Positions 1-9,015 of a stretch of DNA of 64,000 nucleotides are shown here, one piece after another; position 1 is the stretch's first letter, and each line of letters begins with the position of its first letter. The translations under genes and the position numbers were made by a program. The notes beneath the pieces were generated by a model. The model was not told the DNA's origin. It saw only the letters and a list, made by a program, of their open reading frames with translations, and did no database searches. The DNA lies in the NCBI GenBank assembly GCA_937776645.1, contig CALMRI010000010.1, forward strand, positions 4,226-68,225, written 5' to 3'. The stretch comes from an uncultured Alphaproteobacteria bacterium. Its GTDB lineage: Bacteria; Pseudomonadota; Alphaproteobacteria; Thalassobaculales; Thalassobaculaceae.

Positions 1-350
1 TCTCCATTGGCGAGCTGTTGACCAACAAGGCAAAGCATGCCGCGTTGCATGAATCCTATAAGTCGATGCTTGAAATCGGCTGCAAGGCGAACATGATCAC
101 CGAGTATGCCGAGACCGAAGCCTTGAACTTTCCGGCCATGCAGAAGATGAAGTCCGAATACGGCGTGACCAATCACCGGTGGACCGATGATCAGTTGGCC
201 GTCTTTGAGAAGGCTTGGAATGAGGTCGTTGTCGAGGAATCCGCGAGGGATGCAACCTTTAAGGAATTTGCTGACAGCTTCTACGAATTCCGTAAGGGTT
301 ACGCGATCTGGGGCGAGGCTCAAGCGCTCAAGTCCACGTATCTGAAGTAA
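1..350 (+). CDS. TRAP transporter periplasmic solute-binding protein (DctP-type), C-terminal part; 5' end is upstream of the window
   Basis: The frame of ORF 18..350 is open to the window edge, with stop TAA at 348-350. The C-terminal sequence (AWNEVVVEESARDATFKEFADSFYEFRKGYAIWGEAQ) resembles TRAP binding proteins. It is followed directly by DctM/DctQ genes. Confidence 0.6.
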   Translation, partial: SIGELLTNKAKHAALHESYKSMLEIGCKANMITEYAETEALNFPAMQKMKSEYGVTNHRWTDDQLAVFEKAWNEVVVEESARDATFKEFADSFYEFRKGYAIWGEAQALKSTYLK

Positions 351-400
351 TAGTCTTAATACTTGCGTAGGCGTGTCCTCGCGGGTGTGAAGGACAGAAT

Positions 401-427
401 CGGGGGCCCTGTGGGCCCCCGATTTCC
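401..427 (+). terminator. GC-rich hairpin between the binding-protein gene and the permease genes (possible intercistronic attenuator or terminator)
   Basis: cgggggccc-tgt-gggcccccg forms a 9-bp G/C stem, followed only by a short ATTT tract. Confidence 0.4.
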
Positions 428-656
428 TTGTCCGATTTGACGCGGTGTTTCGGCGAATTGCTTCTCAGCCACGTTATGGCACTTTCGTGAAAGCATCGGC
501 TGAGTTATAGACCTTTGCGGTGTTTTCGGCGATTTCTTGGAAAGTAGTGGACGATGGTTCAATCAAGCACCGGCACACCTTCGTCGGAAGGCAAGGCCGC
601 CATTTTGATGCTTTATCTTTTTCGGCATCGTCCTGGCGATCGGATTTGCCGCGGTC

Positions 657-2084
657 ATGTTCGAAAGCGGAAACCTGATGTCCATGGACGACATTGGCCG
701 GGGCGAGGCGGTGTACCTGGTAGTGCAGGAATATGTTTCGATTGCCATGTTCATGACCCTGGCGATCCTGCTTTTTTCCGGTTATCCGGTGGCGTTCATC
801 CTTGGTGGCTTGTCCATGCTTTACGGGGTGGTCGGCTATTTTCTCGATATCTTCGCGCTGATTGAGTTCTTTAATTTCGTACCGCGCATCTGGGGTACTG
901 CCGCCGAGAATTTGGTTCTCGTCGCGGTGCCGGCCTTCGTCTTCATGGGCGTGATGCTGGAACGCAGCGGGATCGCTAACGATCTGTTGTATTGCGTTCA
1001 GGTGTTGTTGCGTCGGGTGCCGGGCTCGTTGGCTCTGGCGGTCACGGTGATGGGGACGGTCTTGGCGGCAATGACTGGGATCATCGGCGCCTCGGTAACG
1101 ATGATGACCGCGCTGGCCCTACCGACGATGATGCGTCAGGGCTACAGTCACGCATTGGCCACTGGCGTTATCGCCGCCTCGGGAACCCTTGGGATCCTGA
1201 TTCCTCCCAGTATCATGCTGATCATCATGGCTGATCTGATGGCAATCTCGGTCGGTAATGTTTTCATGGCGGCGGTGGTCCCCGGCCTGACCCTTGCCAC
1301 GTTTTATCTTATCTATGTGGCCACTCTGGCGACGCTGAAGCCGGCTATGGCGCCGCCTTTGCCTGCCCATCTGTTGAATATTCCAAAGGGTCAAATGGCG
1401 CCCCTGGTGGCGCGCAGCTTCCTGCCGCCGGTGTTCCTGATTTCGCTGATCAAAGGGTCAATTCTGTTCGGATTCGCCACGCCGTCGGAAGCCGGCGCGG
1501 TCGGGGCCTTTGGGGCAACGCTATTGGCTGCGGCCAACGGACGCCTATCCAGGGGCACTCTGGTTGGGGTTTGCCATTCCGCCGCCCGGACTGTCTCGAT
1601 GATCTTCTTCATCGTGGTCAGCGCCACCTGTTTTGCTTATGTTTATCGCTCGCTGGGGGGTGACGAGGTCATTGAAACTCTGATTATCGAGAAAGCCGGA
1701 CTGGGCCCTTGGGGCATGCTGATCCTAGTTATGGTGATCGTGTTCATTTTGGGATTTTTCCTCGACTTCCTTGAGATCACCCTGATCGTCTTGCCGGTAT
1801 TCGTCCCGCTGGTTATCCAGATGGACTTTGGCGATCATGTTCCGCATGCGGATATCAAGTTTTGGTTCATCATTCTTTTGGCGGTGAACCTGCAGACGTC
1901 CTTTCTGACGCCACCGTTCGGGTTCGCGCTTTTCTATATGAAGGGAATCGCGCCCAAGGAAATCAAAATTCAGTCGATCTACAAGGGCATCATCCCGTTC
2001 GTGATCCTGCAGGCGATGGGCGTGGTAACGGTCATGGCATTCCCGCAGGTTGCGCTGTGGTTGATGCACACAGCCTATGGCTAA
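657..2084 (+). CDS. dctM: TRAP transporter large permease DctM, paralog 1; the N-terminal segment lies in another frame at 554..~611
   Basis: A 475-aa polytopic membrane ORF, about 87% identical to the next gene. ORF 554.. (MVQSSTGTPSSEGKAAILM) aligns to the N-terminus of paralog 2 (MDDSSESSSSGEGKVAVLM) but is out of frame with 657... Confidence 0.8.
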   Translation: MFESGNLMSMDDIGRGEAVYLVVQEYVSIAMFMTLAILLFSGYPVAFILGGLSMLYGVVGYFLDIFALIEFFNFVPRIWGTAAENLVLVAVPAFVFMGVMLERSGIANDLLYCVQVLLRRVPGSLALAVTVMGTVLAAMTGIIGASVTMMTALALPTMMRQGYSHALATGVIAASGTLGILIPPSIMLIIMADLMAISVGNVFMAAVVPGLTLATFYLIYVATLATLKPAMAPPLPAHLLNIPKGQMAPLVARSFLPPVFLISLIKGSILFGFATPSEAGAVGAFGATLLAAANGRLSRGTLVGVCHSAARTVSMIFFIVVSATCFAYVYRSLGGDEVIETLIIEKAGLGPWGMLILVMVIVFILGFFLDFLEITLIVLPVFVPLVIQMDFGDHVPHADIKFWFIILLAVNLQTSFLTPPFGFALFYMKGIAPKEIKIQSIYKGIIPFVILQAMGVVTVMAFPQVALWLMHTAYG

Positions 2085-2387
2085 CGTCTAAGTCGTGAAT
2101 GTAGCGTTGGTTTTCACGATCGCGTGTCTGATTGTTTCCATCTAAGCCCAGATGAAAAATGCGTGTTTGCGGTTGGAGATCGCTAGAGAGATAGTTTGCT
2201 TATGCCTTGTCGGCATTGTAACGCTTCAGAGACTATCGTAGTTTGCCGCGCGTCCTAAAAAATGGCACGCTAGCGCGTATCTGAGGACGGGAAAATCCGT
2301 CGTGAGGGATATCAGGAACTGGGCTCTTCGGGCTACGGAAACGTGGGGCAAGGGTCTATAAACGTGAAGAGGGCTTGGGGATAATCC

Positions 2388-3935
2388 ATGGATGATTCAA
2401 GCGAAAGCAGCAGTTCTGGCGAAGGTAAAGTCGCCGTACTGATGTTCGGGTTGCTAGCATTAGTCGTCGTTTTGGCGAGCTTCGCCGTCTACAACCTATC
2501 TGGCACATTGATGCTTGAAGAGTTGGATGATGACGGCAATGCGCTAACCCGCGGTCTAGCCATTACCTGGGTCGCCCAGGAATATATCTCGATGGTCATG
2601 TTCATGACCTTGGCATTGCTCCTGTTCTCGGGCTATCCGGTGGCATTCATCCTCGGTGGTTTGTCTATGTTGTTTGGGCTTTTGGGGTTTTTCCTGGAAA
2701 GCTTCTCGCTGATCGAATTTTTCAATTTTATCCCACGGATTTGGGGCCAGGCAGCTGAGAATTTGGTTCTCGTCGCGGTGCCAGCCTTTGTTTTCATGGG
2801 CGTAATGATGGAGCGAAGCGGCATCGCTAACGACCTGCTGTACTGCGTGCAGGTTTTGTTGAAGCGGGTGCCTGGATCGTTGGCTCTGGCGGTTACCGTG
2901 ATGGGCACGATCCTCGCGGCAATGACCGGTATTATTGGCGCCTCGGTGACGATGATGACTGCCTTGGCTTTGCCGACGATGATGCGGCAGGGGTATAGTC
3001 ACGCGCTGGCCACTGGTGTGATCGCCGCCTCGGGAACCTTGGGTATCCTGATCCCGCCGAGCATCATGTTGATCATCATGGCCGACCTGATGGCTATTTC
3101 GGTCGGCAACGTGTTCATGGCGGCCGTGGTGCCTGGGCTGACGCTGGCGGCGTTTTACCTGATGTACGTCGCGACGATCTCGGCCCTAAGGCCAAGCATG
3201 GCGCCACCACTTCCGCCGACCCTGCTGAATGTGCCACGCAATGAAATGGGGCCGCTTATTGCCCGTAGCTTTTTGCCACCGGTGTTCCTGATTTCGCTGA
3301 TTAAGGGCTCAATCCTGTTAGGCTGGGCGACACCGTCCGAAGCAGGTGCTGTCGGTGCTTTTGGCGCGACCCTCCTTGCCGTGGCCAATGGGCGTTTGGG
3401 TAAAGGCGTGCTGACCAGCGTTTGCCACACCGCTGCCAAGACGGTGTCGATGATCTTCTTCATCGTGGTCAGCGCCACTTGTTTTGCCTATGTTTATCGC
3501 TCGCTCGGTGGTGATGATGTGGTCGAGCATTTGATCGTCGAGAAAGCCGGGCTGGGCCCTTGGGGAATGTTGATCCTGATCATGACGATCGTGTTCTTGC
3601 TTGGGTTCTTCCTGGATTGGCTTGAGATTACGCTGATCGTTCTACCGGTGTTCACACCGCTTGTTGCCGGGTTGGATTTTGGGGATCACGTTGCACAGGC
3701 AGATATCAAGTTTTGGTTCATCATCCTGTTGGCGGTGAACCTTCAAACCTCCTTCCTGACGCCTCCCTTTGGGTTTGCATTGTTTTATATGAAGGGGATC
3801 GCGCCGCGAGAGGTCAAAATTCAGTCGATTTATAAGGGAATCATTCCCTTCGTGATCCTACAGGCGATCGGTGTCGTCACGGTTCTGGCGTTCCCGAATG
3901 TGGCGCTATCGCTGATGCACTTCGTGCACGGTTAA
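2388..3935 (+). CDS. dctM: TRAP transporter large permease DctM, paralog 2 (intact, 515 aa)
   Basis: Long hydrophobic ORF with DctM-like motifs (LAVNLQTSFLTPPFGFALFYMKGIAP) and an uninterrupted N-terminus. Confidence 0.9.
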   Translation: MDDSSESSSSGEGKVAVLMFGLLALVVVLASFAVYNLSGTLMLEELDDDGNALTRGLAITWVAQEYISMVMFMTLALLLFSGYPVAFILGGLSMLFGLLGFFLESFSLIEFFNFIPRIWGQAAENLVLVAVPAFVFMGVMMERSGIANDLLYCVQVLLKRVPGSLALAVTVMGTILAAMTGIIGASVTMMTALALPTMMRQGYSHALATGVIAASGTLGILIPPSIMLIIMADLMAISVGNVFMAAVVPGLTLAAFYLMYVATISALRPSMAPPLPPTLLNVPRNEMGPLIARSFLPPVFLISLIKGSILLGWATPSEAGAVGAFGATLLAVANGRLGKGVLTSVCHTAAKTVSMIFFIVVSATCFAYVYRSLGGDDVVEHLIVEKAGLGPWGMLILIMTIVFLLGFFLDWLEITLIVLPVFTPLVAGLDFGDHVAQADIKFWFIILLAVNLQTSFLTPPFGFALFYMKGIAPREVKIQSIYKGIIPFVILQAIGVVTVLAFPNVALSLMHFVHG

Positions 3936-3950
3936 GAGGGGAGTAGAAAA

Positions 3951-4736
3951 ATGGCTGCAGAAGAAACCATTGATGCCGGCAACTTAACCGGCGGGCGACT
4001 GCTCGGACGCTCGACAGCGTCAGCCTTGATCACCTTATCGCTAAAAATACGGCAGCTCGTCGATTTCTTCGGGCGTTGGGCGTCATTGCTATTCGTGCCA
4101 ATGATCTTAGTGACGGTCTACGACGTGTGCTTACGCAAGACCGGAAAACTCCAAATCGACATCAAATATGCGGCAGAGGAAATAGGTCTCGGACAGTTGT
4201 TTGAATCGACCTTGCTGCAGGAATCGGAGTGGCACCTGCACACCGCATTGTGGGCTCTGGTGCTTGGTTTCGGTGTCGTCTGGAACACCCAGGTGCGCGT
4301 GGATGTGGTGCGAGAGCATCTGGCCTTCCGCCGCAAGGCATGGTTGGAGCTTTTGGGTGCGACTTTCTTCATGCTCCCCTACGTTATCGTAGTGATTTAT
4401 TTCGCGGCAATTTTTGCCTATGACTCATGGGACATCATGGAGATCTCGGCCTCACAGGTCGGCTTGCCATATCGCTACGTCATCAAGGTGATTTTGACGT
4501 TCGGCTTTTGTGTAGCAGCACTTGCCGGTTTGGCGGTTTGGCTGCAAGCGTTCATAGCACTTACTGCGCCCAGTGACATGCGTTTCACGCTGATGACCCT
4601 TGAATGGCCGGAAGGCGTAGGGGATTCGTTCGAGGGCAAGGAGCGGATGGCCGTTGATCTGGAAATGTCGGTGGAAGAAGACTTGCAACGACAGACCAAA
4701 CAGATTCTGGGCACTGACGCCGCCGAGAAAAAATAA
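3951..4736 (+). CDS. dctQ: TRAP transporter small permease DctQ-like
   Basis: A 261-aa protein with four predicted TM segments, starting 16 nt after dctM2. The position and topology fit the TRAP small subunit. Confidence 0.7.
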   Translation: MAAEETIDAGNLTGGRLLGRSTASALITLSLKIRQLVDFFGRWASLLFVPMILVTVYDVCLRKTGKLQIDIKYAAEEIGLGQLFESTLLQESEWHLHTALWALVLGFGVVWNTQVRVDVVREHLAFRRKAWLELLGATFFMLPYVIVVIYFAAIFAYDSWDIMEISASQVGLPYRYVIKVILTFGFCVAALAGLAVWLQAFIALTAPSDMRFTLMTLEWPEGVGDSFEGKERMAVDLEMSVEEDLQRQTKQILGTDAAEKK

Positions 4737-4786
4737 TCCAATTGCCGCCTTGTTTGCGCGGGCGGCACTGCGACTGGTAAATTATA

Positions 4787-4826
4787 GGGGGCGTTCGATG
4801 GTTTTCTTCGAACGCCCCATTTGCTT
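4787..4826 (+). terminator. Rho-independent terminator candidate after the TRAP operon
   Basis: An 11-bp perfect stem, ggggcgttcga (4788-4798) with tcgaacgcccc (4808-4818), followed by ATTTGCTT. Confidence 0.5.
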
Positions 4827-4858
4827 CGCCTTTAGCGATGCACCGGGAGAGGGCGCGA

Positions 4859-5338
4859 ATGTTCAAATTGCAAAACTTCCTCAAACGCTATGTTTGGGAC
4901 GCAGAGACAACGCCCTATTTCACCGCTGTCTCGAAGTTGAGCCGCAGCCAAGCCGACAGTGAGTTATTCTTCTTCGCCATCATGGCGTCGGTCCTGTTCG
5001 GAGTTGGCACCTTCACATCGATAACCGGCCAGGCGCCGTATGGCGTGTCCAATGAGGCGGCGATCTATTGTTTCACTATCGTCTCGGCGGCGGTCCTGGT
5101 CGGAACGGTGAAAAACGTCTATGCGGCCATCTATTCGGCAACTGCTCCGATCATTGTCGTCGCTGGGTTGTTCTTGTTCGGGTTTCCGGAGAAGATGGCG
5201 CTAATTGATGAATTATTATTGTTGTTCATCGACCTGGTGGCACTGCGCTACATGTGGCGGATCTATATGATTTGTCGGGTTTATCGGATGTTACCGCATC
5301 GCCCAGTGGAGAATCGGACGCGGCGAAGCTTGTTCTGA
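4859..5338 (+). CDS. hypothetical integral membrane protein
   Basis: ORF in the 4838 frame. The ATG at 4859 is preceded by GGGAGAGGG. Four or five hydrophobic segments; no motif recognised. Confidence 0.5.
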   Translation: MFKLQNFLKRYVWDAETTPYFTAVSKLSRSQADSELFFFAIMASVLFGVGTFTSITGQAPYGVSNEAAIYCFTIVSAAVLVGTVKNVYAAIYSATAPIIVVAGLFLFGFPEKMALIDELLLLFIDLVALRYMWRIYMICRVYRMLPHRPVENRTRRSLF

Positions 5339-5357
5339 AAATAGGTGGAGTGAAATC

Positions 5358-5750
5358 ATGACACTCGACGGCGTCTGCAAGGCCTTTTTGATCAGCTACC
5401 GTTGGCACCAAGCCGCCTTCCTCTTGGGAATGACGGTGATCACCTTCGTTGATTTTTTTTTAATGGACGGTTGGGCAACGTTTTGGGTGATGACCGCCTG
5501 GTCGATACTATTTGGCGTTCATTTCATGGTTTCCCGGTCTCTATCGGTAGACGATAAATGGGTCGAGAAACGGTTGTTCTTCAGGGTCTACCGCCCCTGG
5601 GATTTCGGTCATATTGATGCGATTCGCAGCAATCCTTACGGTCGTTCGGCGTATAGAACCGAATTCGGTCGCCTCGACGAGAATGGCAAGGCGGTGAAGG
5701 TTAAAAGCGAAGACGAGAGCAACGCACCGCCGCCGTCTAGTTCGTATTAA
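5358..5750 (+). CDS. hypothetical membrane protein (2TM-domain-like)
   Basis: GGTGGAG Shine-Dalgarno sits 7 nt upstream of the ATG. Two adjacent TM helices (FLLGMTVITFVDFFL / VMTAWSILFGVHFMV) are followed by a polar tail. Confidence 0.5.
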   Translation: MTLDGVCKAFLISYRWHQAAFLLGMTVITFVDFFLMDGWATFWVMTAWSILFGVHFMVSRSLSVDDKWVEKRLFFRVYRPWDFGHIDAIRSNPYGRSAYRTEFGRLDENGKAVKVKSEDESNAPPPSSSY

Positions 5751-6268
5751 CGCTGGCTTCAAGAAAAGCTGGCAGTTCGGCGATACTGGGGATCACGTGA
5801 TTGGCCAGCGGCGCGAGCAAGCCGGCCTCTGACGCCCGGGCTAGCACCGCAACCACCAAACCGCAATTGGCCGCCCGTCCGGCGTGATGATCCGCCGGGC
5901 TGTCTCCGACCATCACCACTTCGGCGGGAAGAAGGTTGGTGGTTTAGCAGGAATTCAAATTTATTCATGGCGCCAGCTTCTTGGCCCCATGGCCGCTGTC
6001 ATTGTCATGGGGTTGGTGGAAAAGGTCGGGTATCTCAAACCGGCTCAAGGTCAGATGTGCCGCCCGCTCAGTGTCATTGGTGCCCAGGTCGAATCCGCCC
6101 TGTCACCGGGTCCCGACCACCCGCGCCAAGCATGGCGCCGTCCATATTGGCTCGCCCGACGGTATCGGCGAGGGCATAGGCGCTTTGTAACAACGCTGGG
6201 AGCCAGGTGTTCTCAAAATCAGCAAGAGTGCGGTCCTTGTCGAAGACGATCCTCCGCTTGGCCGCCAC
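5737..6268 (-). pseudogene. HAD-superfamily hydrolase, fragmented over three reading frames
   Basis: The N-terminal piece carries motif I (IVFDKDRTL, ORF 6074..6268). The middle piece LGTNDTERAAHLTLSRFEIPDLF..DSGHGAKK is in a second frame. The C-terminal piece VVMVGDSPADHHAGRAANCG (ORF 5737..5919) is in a third frame. Confidence 0.6.
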
Positions 6269-6373
6269 GGGTTACTGCTGGGCCGATGCGTAAACAGCGC
6301 CGCGATTGCTATCCAGCGCATGATCCACTTCCTTGGGCCAACTAGAGCAAACACCGTGCCAAAACTCGACCGG

Positions 6374-7342
6374 CTATTCGGCAGCCTGGCTCAGTTTGGC
6401 GCTGGGATTGCCGATGCGGCCGACCGAACGCACTAAATTAGCCATATCGTGTGAAAGTTTTGTGATGGTGGGCAGACGCTCAACGCGCTTTTCGTCCATG
6501 TAAATGCTGCGGCTAAGCTCGATCTGCAGCGCGTGGATACCCTCACTCGGTCGGCCGTAATGTCTGGTGACAAAACCACCGGCATAGGGATTGTTGCGCT
6601 GAACTGCATAGCCCATGTCAACCAACAGCCGCTCTGCCTCGTTGGTGACTAGAGAACCGCAGGCCGTGGCGTGACAGTCGCCGAGAACCGTATCCACCGG
6701 CCGAACCCTACCGGTTTTCCCACCGCGCTGGCTGACCGCGCCGGAGGGCATGGAATGGCAATCCAGCAAGATGCAATAGCCGAATTGCTCCCGGGTTTCC
6801 AAGATCAAAGCCGCCAGCGCGTGGTGATAGGGGTCATAGTAAGTCTGGATGCGCTCTTTGGCCTCGGCGAACGTTAATTTATCGCTGTAGATTGGTTCAG
6901 CGTTCGAGACTACCCGGGCGATGGTGCCTAGGCCGGCGGCAATCCGCGCGTTTCGGGTGGTAACATAGGCCGGAAGCGGATCGGCAAACATTGTCTGGTC
7001 AAGCTCAAACGGTTCTCGATTAACGTCCACATAAACCCGAGGAAACAACGCCTGAAGCAACGGCGCGCCGCATTCAGGCGCGCCGGCGAAGATCTCGTCG
7101 ACGAAACTGTCTTCCGAGGAGCGCAGGCGAAGCGGGGACAGCGCCGAGCGGGCGATGAGGTCGTCAGGGTAGTCGCGTCCGCTATGCGGCGAGGCCACGA
7201 CAACGGGAAGTGTCTGACGGGTTGGCCGATCGATGCGCAGGCACGGAGCCTCCGGATCTAGGCGCGGCGGCTTTGCAACGTCGGACTCGTTCAACGATTT
7301 GGCTTTACCCGGTCCCCGTGATTTTTGATGACCATCGAGCAT
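6374..7342 (-). CDS. N-formylglutamate amidohydrolase family protein
   Basis: Family motifs VVASPHSGRDYP, YVDVNRE and LLDCHSMPS. The exact start is uncertain. Confidence 0.8.
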   Translation of the reverse strand: MLDGHQKSRGPGKAKSLNESDVAKPPRLDPEAPCLRIDRPTRQTLPVVVASPHSGRDYPDDLIARSALSPLRLRSSEDSFVDEIFAGAPECGAPLLQALFPRVYVDVNREPFELDQTMFADPLPAYVTTRNARIAAGLGTIARVVSNAEPIYSDKLTFAEAKERIQTYYDPYHHALAALILETREQFGYCILLDCHSMPSGAVSQRGGKTGRVRPVDTVLGDCHATACGSLVTNEAERLLVDMGYAVQRNNPYAGGFVTRHYGRPSEGIHALQIELSRSIYMDEKRVERLPTITKLSHDMANLVRSVGRIGNPSAKLSQAAE

Positions 7343-7553
7343 GTTCCAGACTTAGAGCAAAGGCCACCGTCTGTCATCCCGCTGGAGCAGTGAACCTTGA
7401 CGCGGGTTTCGGGGTTGCGAAATCCCCCCTGTTCGTTATAACCACGGCTTCCTCGCGGTCGGCCCCGTAGTCGGCTGGGAAAGTCCGGTTAATCAACATA
7501 AGACGTCTTGTTGGTATGACACGGGTTGTAGGCTTGAGTGAGCCACGGGAAAT

Positions 7554-7628
7554 GGGCGCGTAGCTCAGCGGGAGAGCACCTCGTTGACATCGAGGGGGTC
7601 ACTGGTTCAATCCCAGTCGTGCCCACCA
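7554..7628 (+). tRNA. tRNA-Val (anticodon GAC), CCA encoded
   Basis: GGGCGCGTAGCTCAGCGGGAGAGCACCTCGTTGACATCGAGGGGGTCACTGGTTCAATCCCAGTCGTGCCCACCA. The acceptor stem is 7 bp with one G-U pair. The anticodon arm is CCTCG/TTGACAT/CGAGG, and the T-loop is GGTTCAATCC. Confidence 0.92.
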
Positions 7629-7669
7629 TTTCCACCTGATTTTCAGGTCGCCGCAGCGGCAATCTCCGC

Positions 7670-8923
7670 CTAATGATCAACCGGCGCGGCCAGGATTTTA
7701 TCCAAAACCGGTAGCAAATAACCCCGAAACGCGGTCGGGTTTTCCGACATTGGGAAATGGCCGACGCCCTTCATCATCTGGAAAAATTCGGCGCCAACCA
7801 ATTCGGCGAGTTCGCGCCCCATTTCCGGTGTCGCCGAGGCATCGTATTCACCGCTTAGCAAATAGAGCGGACAGGCTGATTCTCGAAGCGGCTCGGCAAG
7901 CCCGTTTCGCAAATCTCCATCGGTGAAATAATAGTGCAGATCGCCCATGAACACGCCGGGGCCACCCTGCATATAGTGCCACATGGTCTCCCAACGTTCC
8001 GCCGCCGGCGATTGCGGAGCGATCATCCCGGCCATCGAGGCGCCGGCGCTTTTACCGCCATGAATATCGGGGCGGTGCAGCGCCATGCTGGGCGCCGGGT
8101 CTCCCAGACTGCGGTCCTCGGCGTAGAGGGCGGATTGCAGGCCTATGGCGGCCCGCAGTCGCTCACCGTGGCGCAGCGCCAGATGCAATACTGCCCGGCC
8201 ACCGATCGAGCAGCCCATGACCACAGGATTATCAAGCTTCAGGGCATCGATCATCGCCATTACCACCGAGACATAACGATCGGTGGTGAGTGCGTAGACC
8301 TCCGTCTCGAAACCCGGTGGCGGCGAGGACTTACCGTGCCAGGGCAGGTCGAACGCGATAACCCGAAACCGGTCGGTGACAGCGGGATCATTTAACAGAT
8401 GGCGATATTGCCGCCCGTCGCTGCCGGCGGTGTGCAGGCAGATCAACGGAATTCCCTGGCCGGCTTCCTCGAAATAAATCCGGTGTGGCCGACCCTCGAA
8501 CTGGAGCCGCAAATACTGGCCTGTCACCGGTTCGATGAGCGGCTCGTCGAACGTCTCCGGCGCCGGCGTCGCGCTATGATCACTTAGATTGGAGAACAAC
8601 AGTTCCAACAGCAGGAGGTGCTGTTGGAACTTCACCATATCACCGGTGACGATGAGGTTCTGGGTTCGTCGCATGGTCGACAGGGTTTGGAAGCCGGGTT
8701 TTGGCGTCGGTTGACGTAATTCGGCCCAGGCTGAGGGTTTGGCGCTAAGGGTAATGTCGACGGCGTGTTCACCGGGCGCTCCGGAAAGCCGGGCGCCGTC
8801 TGCGTCGATGCTCAGGAAGGTGCATGTGTCATCGGCCCGCAGTTCGACCGATAGGGGGCCGAAGGCGCAGTGCAGAGCTCGATTGGGATCAGCTTTTGCG
8901 CGTTCAATGACATGCTCGAACAT
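7670..8923 (-). CDS. alpha/beta-fold hydrolase with an N-terminal extra domain (SCP2-like?)
   Basis: C-terminal 280 aa contain IPLICLHTAGSDGRQY and the nucleophile elbow VVMGCSIGG. The first 120 aa or so form a separate domain. Confidence 0.7.
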   Translation of the reverse strand: MFEHVIERAKADPNRALHCAFGPLSVELRADDTCTFLSIDADGARLSGAPGEHAVDITLSAKPSAWAELRQPTPKPGFQTLSTMRRTQNLIVTGDMVKFQQHLLLLELLFSNLSDHSATPAPETFDEPLIEPVTGQYLRLQFEGRPHRIYFEEAGQGIPLICLHTAGSDGRQYRHLLNDPAVTDRFRVIAFDLPWHGKSSPPPGFETEVYALTTDRYVSVVMAMIDALKLDNPVVMGCSIGGRAVLHLALRHGERLRAAIGLQSALYAEDRSLGDPAPSMALHRPDIHGGKSAGASMAGMIAPQSPAAERWETMWHYMQGGPGVFMGDLHYYFTDGDLRNGLAEPLRESACPLYLLSGEYDASATPEMGRELAELVGAEFFQMMKGVGHFPMSENPTAFRGYLLPVLDKILAAPVDH

Positions 8924-9015
8924 GACAACTCCCGGAGGCAGCGGATGAGACGAAACTGACCGTGAGTTTAAAGCGGCGGAAGTGATTGCCCAAGGGCCTT
9001 ACTCTGGCTCGTGGT

